From: Abditibacterium sp.
GTDB taxonomy: Bacteria; Armatimonadota; Abditibacteriia; Abditibacteriales; Abditibacteriaceae
Length of the DNA: 64,000 bases
Assembly (NCBI GenBank): GCA_965199495.1
Contig: CBDASK010000003.1
Location: 1,824,001-1,888,000, forward strand
Direction: 5' to 3'
The translations under genes were made by a program, and so were the position numbers. The notes beneath the pieces are model-generated. The model did not search any database. It was not told the origin of the DNA and saw nothing but the letters and a program-made list of their open reading frames with translations. Below, in pieces: positions 41,648 to 51,617 of this stretch. Every line of letters begins with the position of its first letter. Within the stretch, counting starts at the first letter, position 1.

Positions 41648-42916
41648 CTAAAGTTCAATCGCCAAATCTTCGCGTTCAGGAATTGGCCCAATCGCCGCTA
41701 AATTCACCAAATTCGCATCGAATATTTCGGTCGCCGCGCTCTGCACGTCTTCCAAAGTCACGGCTTCGATGGCGGCCAAAGTTTCGCGCGGCGAGATTTG
41801 GCGCCCGAAATACATTTCGTTGCGCGCCAATCGGCCCATTTGCGCGGACGAACTTTCTTCCGACAATAGAATATTCACGCGCGCCATCTGTTTGGCGCGC
41901 TTGAGTTCGATGGGTTTCAAGCCGTCTTTTTTGACGCGACGAAATTCGCGCGCGATCAAGTCGGTCGTCTTGGCCGCATTTTGAGGCGAGACGCTGGTTT
42001 CAACGGCCCAGTAACCCGCCGCGCGATAGCTTGCGCTCGATCCGCCGATGCCGTAGCAAAGGCCACGTTTTTCGCGGATTTCCTGAAACAAGCGGCTCGA
42101 ATAACCGCCGGTCATCGTCGAATCCAAAATCCACGCGGCGTAACGGCGTGGATCGTCGTAGGCATAGGCCTGCGTGCCAATCATCAAATGCGCGCACTCG
42201 CTATCGTCGCGCTTGATTTCGTGATGCGCCAAAACGACCGGCGTCTTCGGCGTGGCTGGTCGTTTGCGGTTTTGGCCCGGCAAATTGGCCAGTCCCTTTT
42301 CGGCGAGCTTTACGATTTGTTCGTGCTTCACGTCGCCAACAGCCACGACGACGCAGTTGGATGGCGAATAATGCCGCTCCATGAAACCGCGTAGATCTTC
42401 GGCACCGAACTTTTCGACGGTTTCAGGGAAACCCGCAATCGGGCGGCCCCAGCGCGATTTGGCCCACAAGTTGGAAATGAATAATTCCTCGATTAATTCG
42501 TCCGGCTCGTCTTCGGTCGCCTTAATTTCTTCGATGACGACGCGTTTTTCGATTTCCAACAAATCGGCGTCCAAAATTGGTTCCGTCGCGAACTCGCACA
42601 GCAAACTCAAGGCGGGCGCGACTTGGTCGGATAAGACTTTGACGTGATAGCAAACCCATTCGCGCTCGGTAAAGGCGTTCATGCCACCGCCCAGAACGTC
42701 CATTTTGGCGGCGATTTTGGCCATCGAATGATGCCGCGTGCCCTTGAAAACCATGTGTTCCAAAAGGTGAGCTAACCCCTGCTCGCGCGTGCTTTCGTGA
42801 ATCGAACCGGCCTCGATCCACACGCCCAATGTCGCCGAAGTGATATGCGGATGGTGCTCGGTTAGTACGCGCAAACCGCCCGGCAAAGTCGTTTTCTGGA
42901 AGTTGGTTGGGTTCAT
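41648..42916 (-). CDS. M16B zinc peptidase
   Basis: GLAHLLEHMVFKGT (HxxEH), NAFT and SSRLFQEIREKRGLCY. Confidence 0.93.
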   Translation of the reverse strand: MNPTNFQKTTLPGGLRVLTEHHPHITSATLGVWIEAGSIHESTREQGLAHLLEHMVFKGTRHHSMAKIAAKMDVLGGGMNAFTEREWVCYHVKVLSDQVAPALSLLCEFATEPILDADLLEIEKRVVIEEIKATEDEPDELIEELFISNLWAKSRWGRPIAGFPETVEKFGAEDLRGFMERHYSPSNCVVVAVGDVKHEQIVKLAEKGLANLPGQNRKRPATPKTPVVLAHHEIKRDDSECAHLMIGTQAYAYDDPRRYAAWILDSTMTGGYSSRLFQEIREKRGLCYGIGGSSASYRAAGYWAVETSVSPQNAAKTTDLIAREFRRVKKDGLKPIELKRAKQMARVNILLSEESSSAQMGRLARNEMYFGRQISPRETLAAIEAVTLEDVQSAATEIFDANLVNLAAIGPIPEREDLAIEL

Positions 42917-43022
42917 CGGACGAGGTAAAGACAGACAAAGTATGACGCGCGGGCGCGCGCCCAAGTCGCTCGAAATCGTTGCTTTGAACTTGGTTTATCT
43001 GCTGCCGTCTGTGGGCGTTCTT

Positions 43023-43958
43023 ATGTCTCAAAACAAATTGATTGTCATTATTAATCCCAAATCCGGTGATGGCGACGACCATTTCCGCGAAGAGGTCGAA
43101 AAAGCGTTGAAACAAAGCGGCGCCAATTATGAAATTCGCGAAACCAAACCCGATTTGCCGGGCGAACAACTGGCCAATAAAGCCATTGCCGAGGGCGCGC
43201 GCGACATCGTGGCGTGCGGCGGCGACGGCACAATTATGTCGGTTGTCAACGGCATCGCCAAAGCGCAGACCGAATCGGGGCAGAACGATTGCACGCTTTC
43301 AATTGTGCCCGGCGGCACGGCTAATCTGGTGGCGACGGCGCTTGGAATTCCGATTGACATCGAAGAATCTATCGCGTGCGCGGCGGGCCAAACCTGCGAC
43401 GAGCGCCTGATCGATCTGGGGCGCTGCGAGCAATTTTATTTCGTGCTGGGCGCGGGCGTCGGTCTGACCGAGCGTTTAGTTTCCAAAACCAGTTCGCGCG
43501 AGAAAGAGACGCTGGGCAAATTGGCCTACGTCAAATCCATGATAGAAGATTTAGGGGCGCGACCAAGCCGCATCAAGTTTAAATTGGACGAGCGCAGTTC
43601 CAAACGTTCGCGCGGCGTGGCTGTTGTTGTCGCCAACGCCGGAACTATCGGCGGCAAACTCGAATTCGCGCCGCAAGCGAAAATGGACGACGGCTTGTTG
43701 GATTTGTGCATCCTACATTCGTTCGGCTTTCGCGATTTGGTGCGCATGATCTGGAATTCGCTCACAGGCCGATTGGAGCACGACCGCAACGTTTCGTTTT
43801 ATCAGGCCAAACGCATCGAAATCGCGACCGATCCGCCGCAACGCGTTCAAATTGATGGCGAACCCGAAGAAGATTTGAAATTGCCCCTCGTCTGCGAAGT
43901 CGTTCCGCGCGCTCTGCGCGTGCGCGTGCCCGTTGATGCCGACGAAGATAAGAAATAA
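43023..43958 (+). CDS. diacylglycerol/lipid kinase family protein
   Basis: INPKSG, GGDGT, PGGTANLVA, DDGLLD and QIDGE. Confidence 0.92.
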   Translation: MSQNKLIVIINPKSGDGDDHFREEVEKALKQSGANYEIRETKPDLPGEQLANKAIAEGARDIVACGGDGTIMSVVNGIAKAQTESGQNDCTLSIVPGGTANLVATALGIPIDIEESIACAAGQTCDERLIDLGRCEQFYFVLGAGVGLTERLVSKTSSREKETLGKLAYVKSMIEDLGARPSRIKFKLDERSSKRSRGVAVVVANAGTIGGKLEFAPQAKMDDGLLDLCILHSFGFRDLVRMIWNSLTGRLEHDRNVSFYQAKRIEIATDPPQRVQIDGEPEEDLKLPLVCEVVPRALRVRVPVDADEDKK

Positions 43959-44011
43959 CAGGGCAACTCGCGCGTCGAAAAAAGGTCACAGAAAAGCGTA
44001 GATTTATTTCG

Positions 44012-44920
44012 ATGAAACCTTTCGCCCTACGCGCTCTTTTCGCCGCAACAATTTTAAGTGTCGCCGCGAGCGGATGCCAATCCAAAAACGTTGCGCCCGA
44101 TGTCGCCGCCGCCGCAACGCAGCCACGTCCGACGCCCAAACCCAAACCGCGCGTCATGCCCGCCAATCTCAAAGGCGAAATGATGCCCGGCGTGTGGGTT
44201 TTGTGCTACCATCGCATTGACGAAAAGCCCAAGCAATACACGGTTTTGCCGCCCGCCGACTTTAAGGCGCAGATGGAATATCTGAAAAAGCACAACTTTA
44301 ACGTTGTGCCGCTCGATACCATCGTGGACGCCGTGCAATATGGCACCAAACTGCCGCCACATACTGTCGCCCTCACTTTCGACGATGGTTACAAAGATAA
44401 TTACACGGTCGCTTATCCGATTCTTAAGCAATATAAATTTCCGGCGACTTTATTTATTTATCCGTATTACGTCAGCAACGGCGGCGCGGCGATAAAATGG
44501 GAGATGCTCAAAACAATGGTCGCCGACCCGTTGATTAAAATTCAATCGCATACTTTCACGCATCCCAATTTAAATAAAACGACGCGTCAGGGTAGCGCGG
44601 CGATTAAACATGAAATTGTGGATTCCAAGAATACGTTGGAACAAAAATTGGGAATTAAAATTGATACGTTAGCCTATCCCTACGGTGTTTTTAATCCGAA
44701 AATTTTGGCGGCGACCAAAGCGGCGGGCTACCGTAGCGCGTTCAGCATCGGCACGATTCCGATCGATTACGCGGGCGCCGCGCCGACCGATATGTGGACG
44801 ATTCCGCGCATCATGGTCAATCGCGGCGACTCGCTGGCGGTCTGGGCCAAGCGATTGGAAACGCCTGCGCCGCGCCACAAGAAAAAGAAAGTCTCGCCGA
44901 TGAAAAAATCACGAGTTTAA
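44012..44920 (+). CDS. polysaccharide deacetylase (CE4), probable lipoprotein
   Basis: Lipobox-like ASGC; LCYH, LTFDDGY, SHTFTH and AYPYG. Confidence 0.88.
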   Translation: MKPFALRALFAATILSVAASGCQSKNVAPDVAAAATQPRPTPKPKPRVMPANLKGEMMPGVWVLCYHRIDEKPKQYTVLPPADFKAQMEYLKKHNFNVVPLDTIVDAVQYGTKLPPHTVALTFDDGYKDNYTVAYPILKQYKFPATLFIYPYYVSNGGAAIKWEMLKTMVADPLIKIQSHTFTHPNLNKTTRQGSAAIKHEIVDSKNTLEQKLGIKIDTLAYPYGVFNPKILAATKAAGYRSAFSIGTIPIDYAGAAPTDMWTIPRIMVNRGDSLAVWAKRLETPAPRHKKKKVSPMKKSRV

Positions 44921-44975
44921 AGTGGGAACAAAAACGCGCCGCGCCTTGTCGAACCCTTCGTAACGGAGGTTTGCT

Positions 44976-45734
44976 ATGGAAAAATCATTCTGGCGCGGCG
45001 TTTTAATCGCCGCCATCGCGGGCGTGGCTGTCGTCGTCAGCGCGGGCATTCTGGGGCGTTCGTTTGTGCGTGGGCGCACTTCGGACGATATTATTCGCGT
45101 CGTTGGCAGCGCACGGCGACCGATTAAAAGCGATTTCATCATCTGGCGCGGCAAAATCGGGCGCACGGCGCCGCAGATGGGCGCGGCCTATACCCAACTC
45201 GAAGGCGATATGGGCAAAGTCACGCAATATCTCAAGTCGAAGGGCATCGAAGGCAAAGAGATTTTCCCGCAGTCCATTTCGACGCAAACTTTGTATCAGC
45301 GCACGCTCGACGCCAACGGCAATCCGGTTGACGATTCTTCGACGCTGCGTCCGGTCGCGGGTTACCGGTTGGAGCAGGAAATCGAAGTGCGTTCGACCAA
45401 GCTCGATTTGCTGGACGATTTGTCGCGCAAATCGAGCGAACTGTTGTCGCGCGGCGTGCCATTTGAATCGGAGGCGCCGCTTTATCTTTATACCAAGCTC
45501 TCGGATTTGAAAGTCGAAATGCAGGCCGAAGCCGCCAAAGATGCGCGCGGTCGGGCGCAGGGCATCGCGCAGGCGGCGGGCGCCAATCTGGGCGAAGTGC
45601 GCTGGGCGCGCATGTCGGCGCCGAGTCTGACGCCGCTCTATTCCGGCAACGACAACGACGGCGGCGTGGACGATACCAGCAGTCTGGAAAAGAAAATCAC
45701 CGCGATTGTCACGGTCGGTTACGGCGTGAAATAA
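44976..45734 (+). CDS. SIMPL (DUF541) domain protein
   Basis: N-terminal TM, VVGSARR, AAKDARGRA..IA...G..LG and DTSSLEK. Confidence 0.85.
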   Translation: MEKSFWRGVLIAAIAGVAVVVSAGILGRSFVRGRTSDDIIRVVGSARRPIKSDFIIWRGKIGRTAPQMGAAYTQLEGDMGKVTQYLKSKGIEGKEIFPQSISTQTLYQRTLDANGNPVDDSSTLRPVAGYRLEQEIEVRSTKLDLLDDLSRKSSELLSRGVPFESEAPLYLYTKLSDLKVEMQAEAAKDARGRAQGIAQAAGANLGEVRWARMSAPSLTPLYSGNDNDGGVDDTSSLEKKITAIVTVGYGVK

Positions 45735-45739
45735 AAGTG

Positions 45740-45776
45740 AAAGCGGGCGATTCCCGAAAGAATCGCCCGCTTTTTT
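45740..45776 (+). terminator. Intrinsic terminator
   Basis: AAAGCGGGCGATTC-CCGAAA-GAATCGCCCGCTTTTTT. Confidence 0.75.
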
Positions 45777-45789
45777 GTTTCTCACAACA

Positions 45790-45878
45790 CAGCGGGGCTT
45801 GCGCCCTCTTCCAATCAAGCGCTCTCTTCTCAAGCGCTCTCTTCGCACCCGATTGGAAGAGGGCGCAAGCCCCGCTGT
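45790..45878. repeat. family B palindromic doublet
   Basis: CAGCGGGGCTTGCGCCCTCTTCCAATC ... GATTGGAAGAGGGCGCAAGCCCCGCTG. Confidence 0.85.
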
Positions 45879-45903
45879 TGTTGCCTCTTCACGGCAAATG
45901 GCT

Positions 45904-46653
45904 TTAAGTAGCCACCGCCAAACGCCGGTTGATTTCGTCCCAATTCGCGACGTTCCACCACACTTTGAGATAGTCGCCGCGCCGGTTGTTATATTTCAAA
46001 TAGTAGGCGTGTTCCCACACGTCATTGCCCATCAGCGGGAACAAGCCGCCGTATTCTTTCATCATCGGGTTGTCCTGATTGGGCGTGGACATGATGGAAA
46101 GTTTGCCTTTGCCGTCGCGCACCAGCCACACGAAACCACTGCCGAACCGGTTTTCTCCGGCGGTTTGAAATTGAGTTTGGAAATTCGCAAACGAACCAAA
46201 ATCGCGTTTAATCGCGGCGGCAATTGGGCCGCCGGGCGCGCCGCCGCCTTTGGGCGACATGATTTGCCAGAACATCGCGTGATTGACAACGCCGCCGCCG
46301 TTATTGCGAATTGCATTGCGCGCGCCCGATGGCAAGGCGTCGAGATTAGCAATTAATTCCTGCGGCGTCTGCTTCATCAAATCGGGGTAACCCGCGACGG
46401 CGGCGTTGAGTTTTTTGATGTAACCCGCGTAATGTTTGTCGTGATGCAAACGCATCGTCAAAGTATCAATCGTATCGTTGAGCGCATCGTAAGCGTAAGG
46501 CAACGGCGCGACGTTGTAGGGAGCCACGGCGCGGCCTTGCTTGCCGAAAACCTGCGCGTGGGCGGGCAAACGCGTCAAAGCGATGGCGGGCACAGCGACG
46601 GCAGCGCCGATGAGCAATTGGCGACGCGAAATTTGAAGTTCCTGGGGTGTCAT
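45904..46653 (-). CDS. sodA: Mn/Fe superoxide dismutase with Tat signal (Mn-type signature)
   Basis: SRRQLL Tat signal; LPYAYDAL, HHDKH, NNGGG..NH, PNQDNP and DVWEHAYY. Confidence 0.88.
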   Translation of the reverse strand: MTPQELQISRRQLLIGAAVAVPAIALTRLPAHAQVFGKQGRAVAPYNVAPLPYAYDALNDTIDTLTMRLHHDKHYAGYIKKLNAAVAGYPDLMKQTPQELIANLDALPSGARNAIRNNGGGVVNHAMFWQIMSPKGGGAPGGPIAAAIKRDFGSFANFQTQFQTAGENRFGSGFVWLVRDGKGKLSIMSTPNQDNPMMKEYGGLFPLMGNDVWEHAYYLKYNNRRGDYLKVWWNVANWDEINRRLAVAT

Positions 46654-46662
46654 AGAACCATT

Positions 46663-47961
46663 TCATGTCGCGATTTGCTTGCCAGCATTTTGAATTTTTG
46701 TGTGTTTGCTCCAACGATATAACAAAATGCAGTTCGCAATCCATAACGCCAGCGCGCCCAGCCAGCCGATGCCCCACAATCGTAGCGGCGACGGCGTGAA
46801 CGCGAGCAGCGTCAGGCAAACTAAAATCAACGCGCTCCACGCGTAAAATGTGGGCTTTCGATTGAGTTTTCGGGCGGCGAAGGCGCAACATAAAAGCGGC
46901 CAGAACGCGGGAAACGCGTAAATTGCGTAGCGCGTTTTGGCGCCCGGCAAAATGACGTAGAGCGCCGCGCACATCAAAGCCAACAGCATCGCTTGGCCCC
47001 ACAACGGTGCGAGCTGGCCGCGTCGCCAGAATCGCCAACCGATAAACAGCGAAACCAAAACGACCAATCCGCGCGCGCCGTTAATCAGCGTCATCACCGC
47101 CCTGCGCGGCCAATCGAGATGCGGCAATTGCGGATGCTCTTTTTGGATGGTTTGCCCGCTCGTCAGGTAACGCAACGCGACGGTATCCAAACCCTGATTG
47201 GCGGGCGAATCGGCGCGTTGCGCCTCGGCCACGCGCCCGCCGCTCGACGCGATGGCATTGTGCCAGAACGACGCGCTGAGTGCGGGCGTGCGCGCGCCGT
47301 AAACCAAAAACGGCGAAACGCTCCACAGCGCGACGAAAACTAAAGTGCCGACGAAAAATTTCGGGCGCCGCGCTAAAAGCGGCACGGCCAACAACAGCGC
47401 CGGATAAATCTTAATCGCAATCGGAATCGCTAAAGGCGCGCCCGCCAAATCGCGAAAGCGTGTGGCTAAAAGTGCCAGCGAAAAAATCCAGCACGCCACG
47501 AATAAAACGCTGAACTGCCCGACTTGAATCGAAGCGGGCGCCATCGCCAATAATAATAAAATGTTAGTGGGCCAAATCGCGCCGAAAACGCGGCTTTTGC
47601 CATCCAAGCGCAGCGTAAATTCGCGCAATGCCGCCGCCGTGGCTGCTAAAAGCGCCAGATTGAAAACGCCCCAGCCAATCGCCGCCGCTTCGACGCTGCC
47701 TTGCTCAAACGGTCGAATTACCGCTTGACCGAATGGCGGAATCGTGCGCAGCCATTCGGTGGATTCGTCTTTGCCGCGATACAATTCGGCGCCCGCTCCG
47801 GCGTCTAACAATTTGCCCGTGTTATAAAAAACCGTGAAATCCGTGCCCTTGGGCGCGCGATGCACGAGGGAAACGCATTGCGCAATGTTGAAGAGTATCA
47901 GCAACGCCAGCAAAAACAGCGTGAGCGGATTCCATCGGTGGGGCAAATTTCTCTTGAACAT
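46663..47961 (-). CDS. GT87/DUF2029-like membrane glycosyltransferase
   Basis: DFTVFY, PPF, GQFS, IKIYP and NQG motifs; multiple TM segments. Confidence 0.75.
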   Translation of the reverse strand: MFKRNLPHRWNPLTLFLLALLILFNIAQCVSLVHRAPKGTDFTVFYNTGKLLDAGAGAELYRGKDESTEWLRTIPPFGQAVIRPFEQGSVEAAAIGWGVFNLALLAATAAALREFTLRLDGKSRVFGAIWPTNILLLLAMAPASIQVGQFSVLFVACWIFSLALLATRFRDLAGAPLAIPIAIKIYPALLLAVPLLARRPKFFVGTLVFVALWSVSPFLVYGARTPALSASFWHNAIASSGGRVAEAQRADSPANQGLDTVALRYLTSGQTIQKEHPQLPHLDWPRRAVMTLINGARGLVVLVSLFIGWRFWRRGQLAPLWGQAMLLALMCAALYVILPGAKTRYAIYAFPAFWPLLCCAFAARKLNRKPTFYAWSALILVCLTLLAFTPSPLRLWGIGWLGALALWIANCILLYRWSKHTKIQNAGKQIAT

Positions 47962-47970
47962 AAACAAAAA

Positions 47971-48036
47971 GCGGGGCTTGCGCCCTCTTCCAATCGGTTG
48001 TGAGACAGGCGATTGGAAGAGGGCGCAAGCCCCGCC
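47971..48036. repeat. family B palindromic doublet
   Basis: GCGGGGCTTGCGCCCTCTTCCAATCG ... CGATTGGAAGAGGGCGCAAGCCCCGC. Confidence 0.85.
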
Positions 48037-48053
48037 CTGAGAAGTCAAAAACT

Positions 48054-49109
48054 TTAGTCGAAGCGAACTTCGCGGCCCTGCTTGGCCGATTCATACAGAC
48101 CGTTCAAAATCGTCTGCACGTCGAGCGAGTTCTCCGCCGGAACCGGCGAGGGTTTGCCGTTGGCAATCGCGTCGGCGAACGCGACGCATTCGGCGGCGTG
48201 CGCTTCCATGCCCTGCCCGACTTTGCCCAACGAAATGTTCATCGTGCGTTGGGTTTCGTTGTCCGATTGTAGCAGCAAGTTGGCGGGCCATTCGATGCCG
48301 CCGCCCGTGCCATAAAGCCACATACGCATATCTTCGCTTTCGGTGTTGTGATTGAGCAACCACGAAACTTCGAGAATCAAGCTGGCGCCGTTGTCGAAGC
48401 GCACCATCGCCGCCGCGAACTCTTCGACATCCATATCTTGCGGCACCGGATTGAGTCCCCAGCCCGAATAGGCGCCGGGCAATTTGGCGAGTTTGTCCTG
48501 CGTGATGCCCGACACAGCCACCGGCTTGGGATGGTTCATCATCCACAGCGTCAAATCGAGGATATGCACGCCGATGTCAATGCACGGGCCGCCGCCCGAA
48601 TTTTTCTTGTAGATAAAACCGGGGCCGGTCGGCAGCCAGTTGCGGCGCAGCATCCACGAACGGGCGTGATAAATATCGCCCAAAACGCCGGTATCGAGCT
48701 GACGCTTGAGCGCCTGCGTATCTTTCTGAAAACGGAAATGTTGCGCCGTCATCAGCAATTTGCCGGACTCGTCGCGCGCGGCGATCATCTCGTTAATCGC
48801 TTCGGGCGTGGGCGCCAGCGGTTTTTCCGAAATGACGTGCTTGCCCGCCTTGAGCGCGGCAATCGCGAGGGGCGCGTGATAAGCCGAGGGCGTGCAAATG
48901 TCAATGATGTCGATATCGGGATCGGCGATCAATTCTGCCGGGTCGGTGTAAGTCTTGGTGACTTCCTGGGCTTTGGCAACGCGCTCCAAAACGGGCGCGA
49001 CCGGATCGGCTAAAGCGACCAATTCGGCGTCAGGGGAGGCTTTCCAGCCGGGAAAATGCGTTCCGGCGATGCCGCCGACGCCAATAACTCCAACTTTGAG
49101 GGGATTCAT
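48054..49109 (-). CDS. Gfo/Idh/MocA oxidoreductase
   Basis: GVGGIA, EKPLA and GGGPCIDIGVHILD. Confidence 0.9.
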   Translation of the reverse strand: MNPLKVGVIGVGGIAGTHFPGWKASPDAELVALADPVAPVLERVAKAQEVTKTYTDPAELIADPDIDIIDICTPSAYHAPLAIAALKAGKHVISEKPLAPTPEAINEMIAARDESGKLLMTAQHFRFQKDTQALKRQLDTGVLGDIYHARSWMLRRNWLPTGPGFIYKKNSGGGPCIDIGVHILDLTLWMMNHPKPVAVSGITQDKLAKLPGAYSGWGLNPVPQDMDVEEFAAAMVRFDNGASLILEVSWLLNHNTESEDMRMWLYGTGGGIEWPANLLLQSDNETQRTMNISLGKVGQGMEAHAAECVAFADAIANGKPSPVPAENSLDVQTILNGLYESAKQGREVRFD

Positions 49110-49168
49110 GAAAAGCCCAGTTTGACCGAAATTGGTCACGCGCGTAAAGGTTATTTTGGGTTTTTCCC

Positions 49169-49197
49169 TTGACGATTGTTGTGGGTAGCGATAAAAT
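49169..49197 (+). promoter_or_regulatory. sigma70-type promoter of tRNA-Val
   Basis: TTGACG-N17-TAAAAT. Confidence 0.75.
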
Positions 49198-49220
49198 TAA
49201 ACGTTGTCACAACGTTGTCC

Positions 49221-49292
49221 GGGCGATTAGCTCAGTGGTAGAGCGCTTCGTTCACACCGAAGAGGTCGCTGGTTCGATACCAGCATCGCCCA
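49221..49292 (+). tRNA. tRNA-Val (anticodon CAC), CCA not encoded
   Basis: Acceptor stem GGGCGAT/ATCGCCC, D arm GCTC..GAGC, anticodon arm CTTCG-TTCACAC-CGAAG, T arm GCTGG-TTCGATA-CCAGC. Confidence 0.96.
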
Positions 49293-49300
49293 ATAATTAT

Positions 49301-49338
49301 AAAGCCGCGCCTCTCTTTTTGAGAAGCGCGGCTTTTTT
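49301..49338 (+). terminator. tRNA terminator
   Basis: AAAGCCGCGC...GCGCGGCTTTTTT. Confidence 0.75.
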
Positions 49339-49374
49339 ATGTTACCCGTCTCATCTCAATTGTTGGCGTCCGCC

Positions 49375-49620
49375 CGTGGGGGCTTGCCGCGCAAGCAAGC
49401 CCAACATAACGCCCACCACGGATGTTGGGTTCGCCCGTAGCGTCCGCCCGTAGGGGCTTGCCGCGCAAGCCCAACATAACTACGAATGTTGGGTTCGCCG
49501 TGACGTAATAACCAATATAACATTGGGCTTTCTTGCGCGGCAAGCCCCTACGGGTGTGCGGGCAAATTATTAGGGTTGCGGAGGGCGATACATTGGACTT
49601 GCGCGGCAAGCCCTACGGGT
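49375..49620. repeat. left REP cluster (family C: GTAG-GGGCTTGCCGCGCAAGCCC)
   Basis: Forward copies at ~49376 (variant) and 49450; reverse copies ending at 49551 and 49616. Confidence 0.9.
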
Positions 49621-49675
49621 GTGACGGGTGTCGTTCTAATTGTCAATTTCTCGTCGAATTGGGCACACTGAGGCG

Positions 49676-50191
49676 ATGTTTGCTCCCAGATTTCACGGAC
49701 GCCGCTCGGTTCGCAGACTGAATTATGATTACGCCGGATGTGGATGCTATTTTGTGACGGTGTGCGCGGCTCGCCGTGGCTCACGTTTGGGCCACATCGA
49801 AAATGAAACGTTTCATTCCAACGCTCATGGCCGCATATTGATACGGCATTGGTTGGAAACGCCTGGCTTGCGCGGCGATGTAACTCTGGATGAATGGGTT
49901 TTGATGCCCGATCATTTTCACGCGTTGATTTGGCTCAATGGCGAAGCTGTGACCTCAACTCCAACTTTTGGACACCGTGTGCCGGGTTCTCTCGGCGCAA
50001 TCATCGGCGGCTGGAAATCGGCTTGCACCAAGGAATTCAATTGGCACCGACAAACTCACGGCTGGCCAGTCTGCAAATTGTGGCAACGCAATTATTACGA
50101 TCATATCGTGCGCGACGAACGCGAACTCAATCTGATTCGACAATACATTCAAACCAATCCCGCCCGATGGAAAACCGACGAACACTGGTAA
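49676..50191 (+). mobile_element. REP-associated tyrosine transposase (RAYT/TnpA-REP, HUH Y1)
   Basis: RRSVRR..YDY, YFVTVC, MPDHFH (HUH), WQRNYYDHIVRD and YIQTNP; REPs on both sides. Confidence 0.92.
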
Positions 50192-50221
50192 CGTCTGCCG
50201 CAACGTTACCATTCGCCCTCC

Positions 50222-50488
50222 AACGTAACGCCCGACGCACCCATAATAATTCGCCCACAACCGCCAACCGTAACGCCCGACGCACCCAACATAATTCGCC
50301 CACAACCGCCAACCGTAGGGGCTTGCCGCGCAAGCCCAATGTATCACCCGCCGCAACCCTAATAATTTGCCCGTCACGCCCGTAGGGGCTTGCCGCGCAA
50401 GCCCAACATAACGCCCACCACGAACGTTGCGTCCGCCGTAACGTGACGCCCGATATAACATTGGGCTTGCGCGGCAAGCCCCTACGGG
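50222..50488. repeat. right REP cluster (family C) plus a 2x ~45-bp direct repeat
   Basis: REPs at 50315 and 50382 (forward) and 50463-50485 (reverse); CGTAACGCCCGACGCACCC..ATAATTCGCCCACAACCGCCAAC occurs twice. Confidence 0.9.
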
Positions 50489-50522
50489 TTCACAGCGGGG
50501 TTGGCGTTCACTTTCCAGCGTT

Positions 50523-51605
50523 TCATCGTCGTCGCTTCGGTTTCACGCGCGTTTGCGCCAACAACGGCGCGCTTAACGCTTCGTAGCGGCTTAACAAATG
50601 TTCGACGCGTTCGACATCGTTTTGGAAGGGCGCGGCCCAATAACTTTGAGAATGTTGCGCTCGCTGGTATAGTGCGCGCCCTGCTGACGGCGCTCGCGGG
50701 CGTCCATGACCGACTGAAACAAGGCGCCAAAAATCGCGGGCGAAATCGCCGCCCAATCGAAGGCGCACGCTTCGAGCAAACGCGCTCTCATCTGTCCGTT
50801 GAACGCGGGCACGCGCAACCGCTCGGTGAACAAATCGCCGTTGACGTAGGGAAACGCCCGCAAATCAGCATCGAGATTGGTCTGGCGCGCATTTTCCGGC
50901 TCGTTCAAAACATCGAACAACTGCGAAAGCCACAGCCCGACATCGCTGCCGTTTTCGTTGGTGCGCTCGGAAATCAACGTCTCGAACAGGCCGCGCGTCT
51001 CGAAGATGCCGGTATCGTCGGCGAACAGGCAAAACAGCAAGCGCACCAGCAACCGTTCGAGTTCGTGGCCGCCATAACCCGCGCCTTCGAGCGCGTCGTG
51101 CAGTTCGCCCATGAGTTCCGACGCGGCGAGGTTGACTGGGTCTTGGTCGCGGAACTGGCGTTTTTCGACGCCGATCATAAACCCGAACGCCTCGACGTGG
51201 CTGCTCAGGTCGGCGAGTTTAAATTTGGTTTCGGTGCCCAATTCCAAATCGGTCAATTCAAAGGTTTGAAAGTCGCAAACCAAAACGTAGCGCGGCAATT
51301 CGTAGGGTTTGAGGCCGGGAAAATAATCCAATGCCTGTTCGCGCGCGGGCTTCAAATCGCGCCCGGCGCTTTTCTGCTCGACCAACAAAGTGCCTTTCCA
51401 AAACAGGTCAATAAATCCCTGTTTGTTGCCCAGTTTTTTGACGGGTTCTTCAAAGGTAGCGACCTGGCGCCGCTTGACACCGAAAATTTGGAAGAAATCG
51501 TTATAAAACGTCTGGGTTTCGCCGCGTTCCGTAGCGCGCGTCGCGGTAATCGTGCGCGAACTGGGCGGCGTTGGCGCGGATTTGCGGCCAGGAAAGTCGG
51601 TTCAT
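50523..51605 (-). pseudogene. MmeI-like type IIL restriction-modification gene remnant (frameshift plus large internal deletion)
   Basis: MNRLSWPQIR.../ERGETQTFYNDFF...GFIDLFWKGTLLVEQKS...FGALFQ..RRQQGAHYTSERNILKVIGP, joined out of frame to PFQNDVERVEHLLSRYEALSAPLL. Confidence 0.85.
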
Positions 51606-51617
51606 TGCGCGAGCAGT

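Noticed and set aside
49375..50488. REP clusters as a CRISPR array
   Set aside because: The repeats occur in both orientations with irregular and partly repeated spacers, carry a GTAG tag, flank a RAYT, and no cas genes are present.
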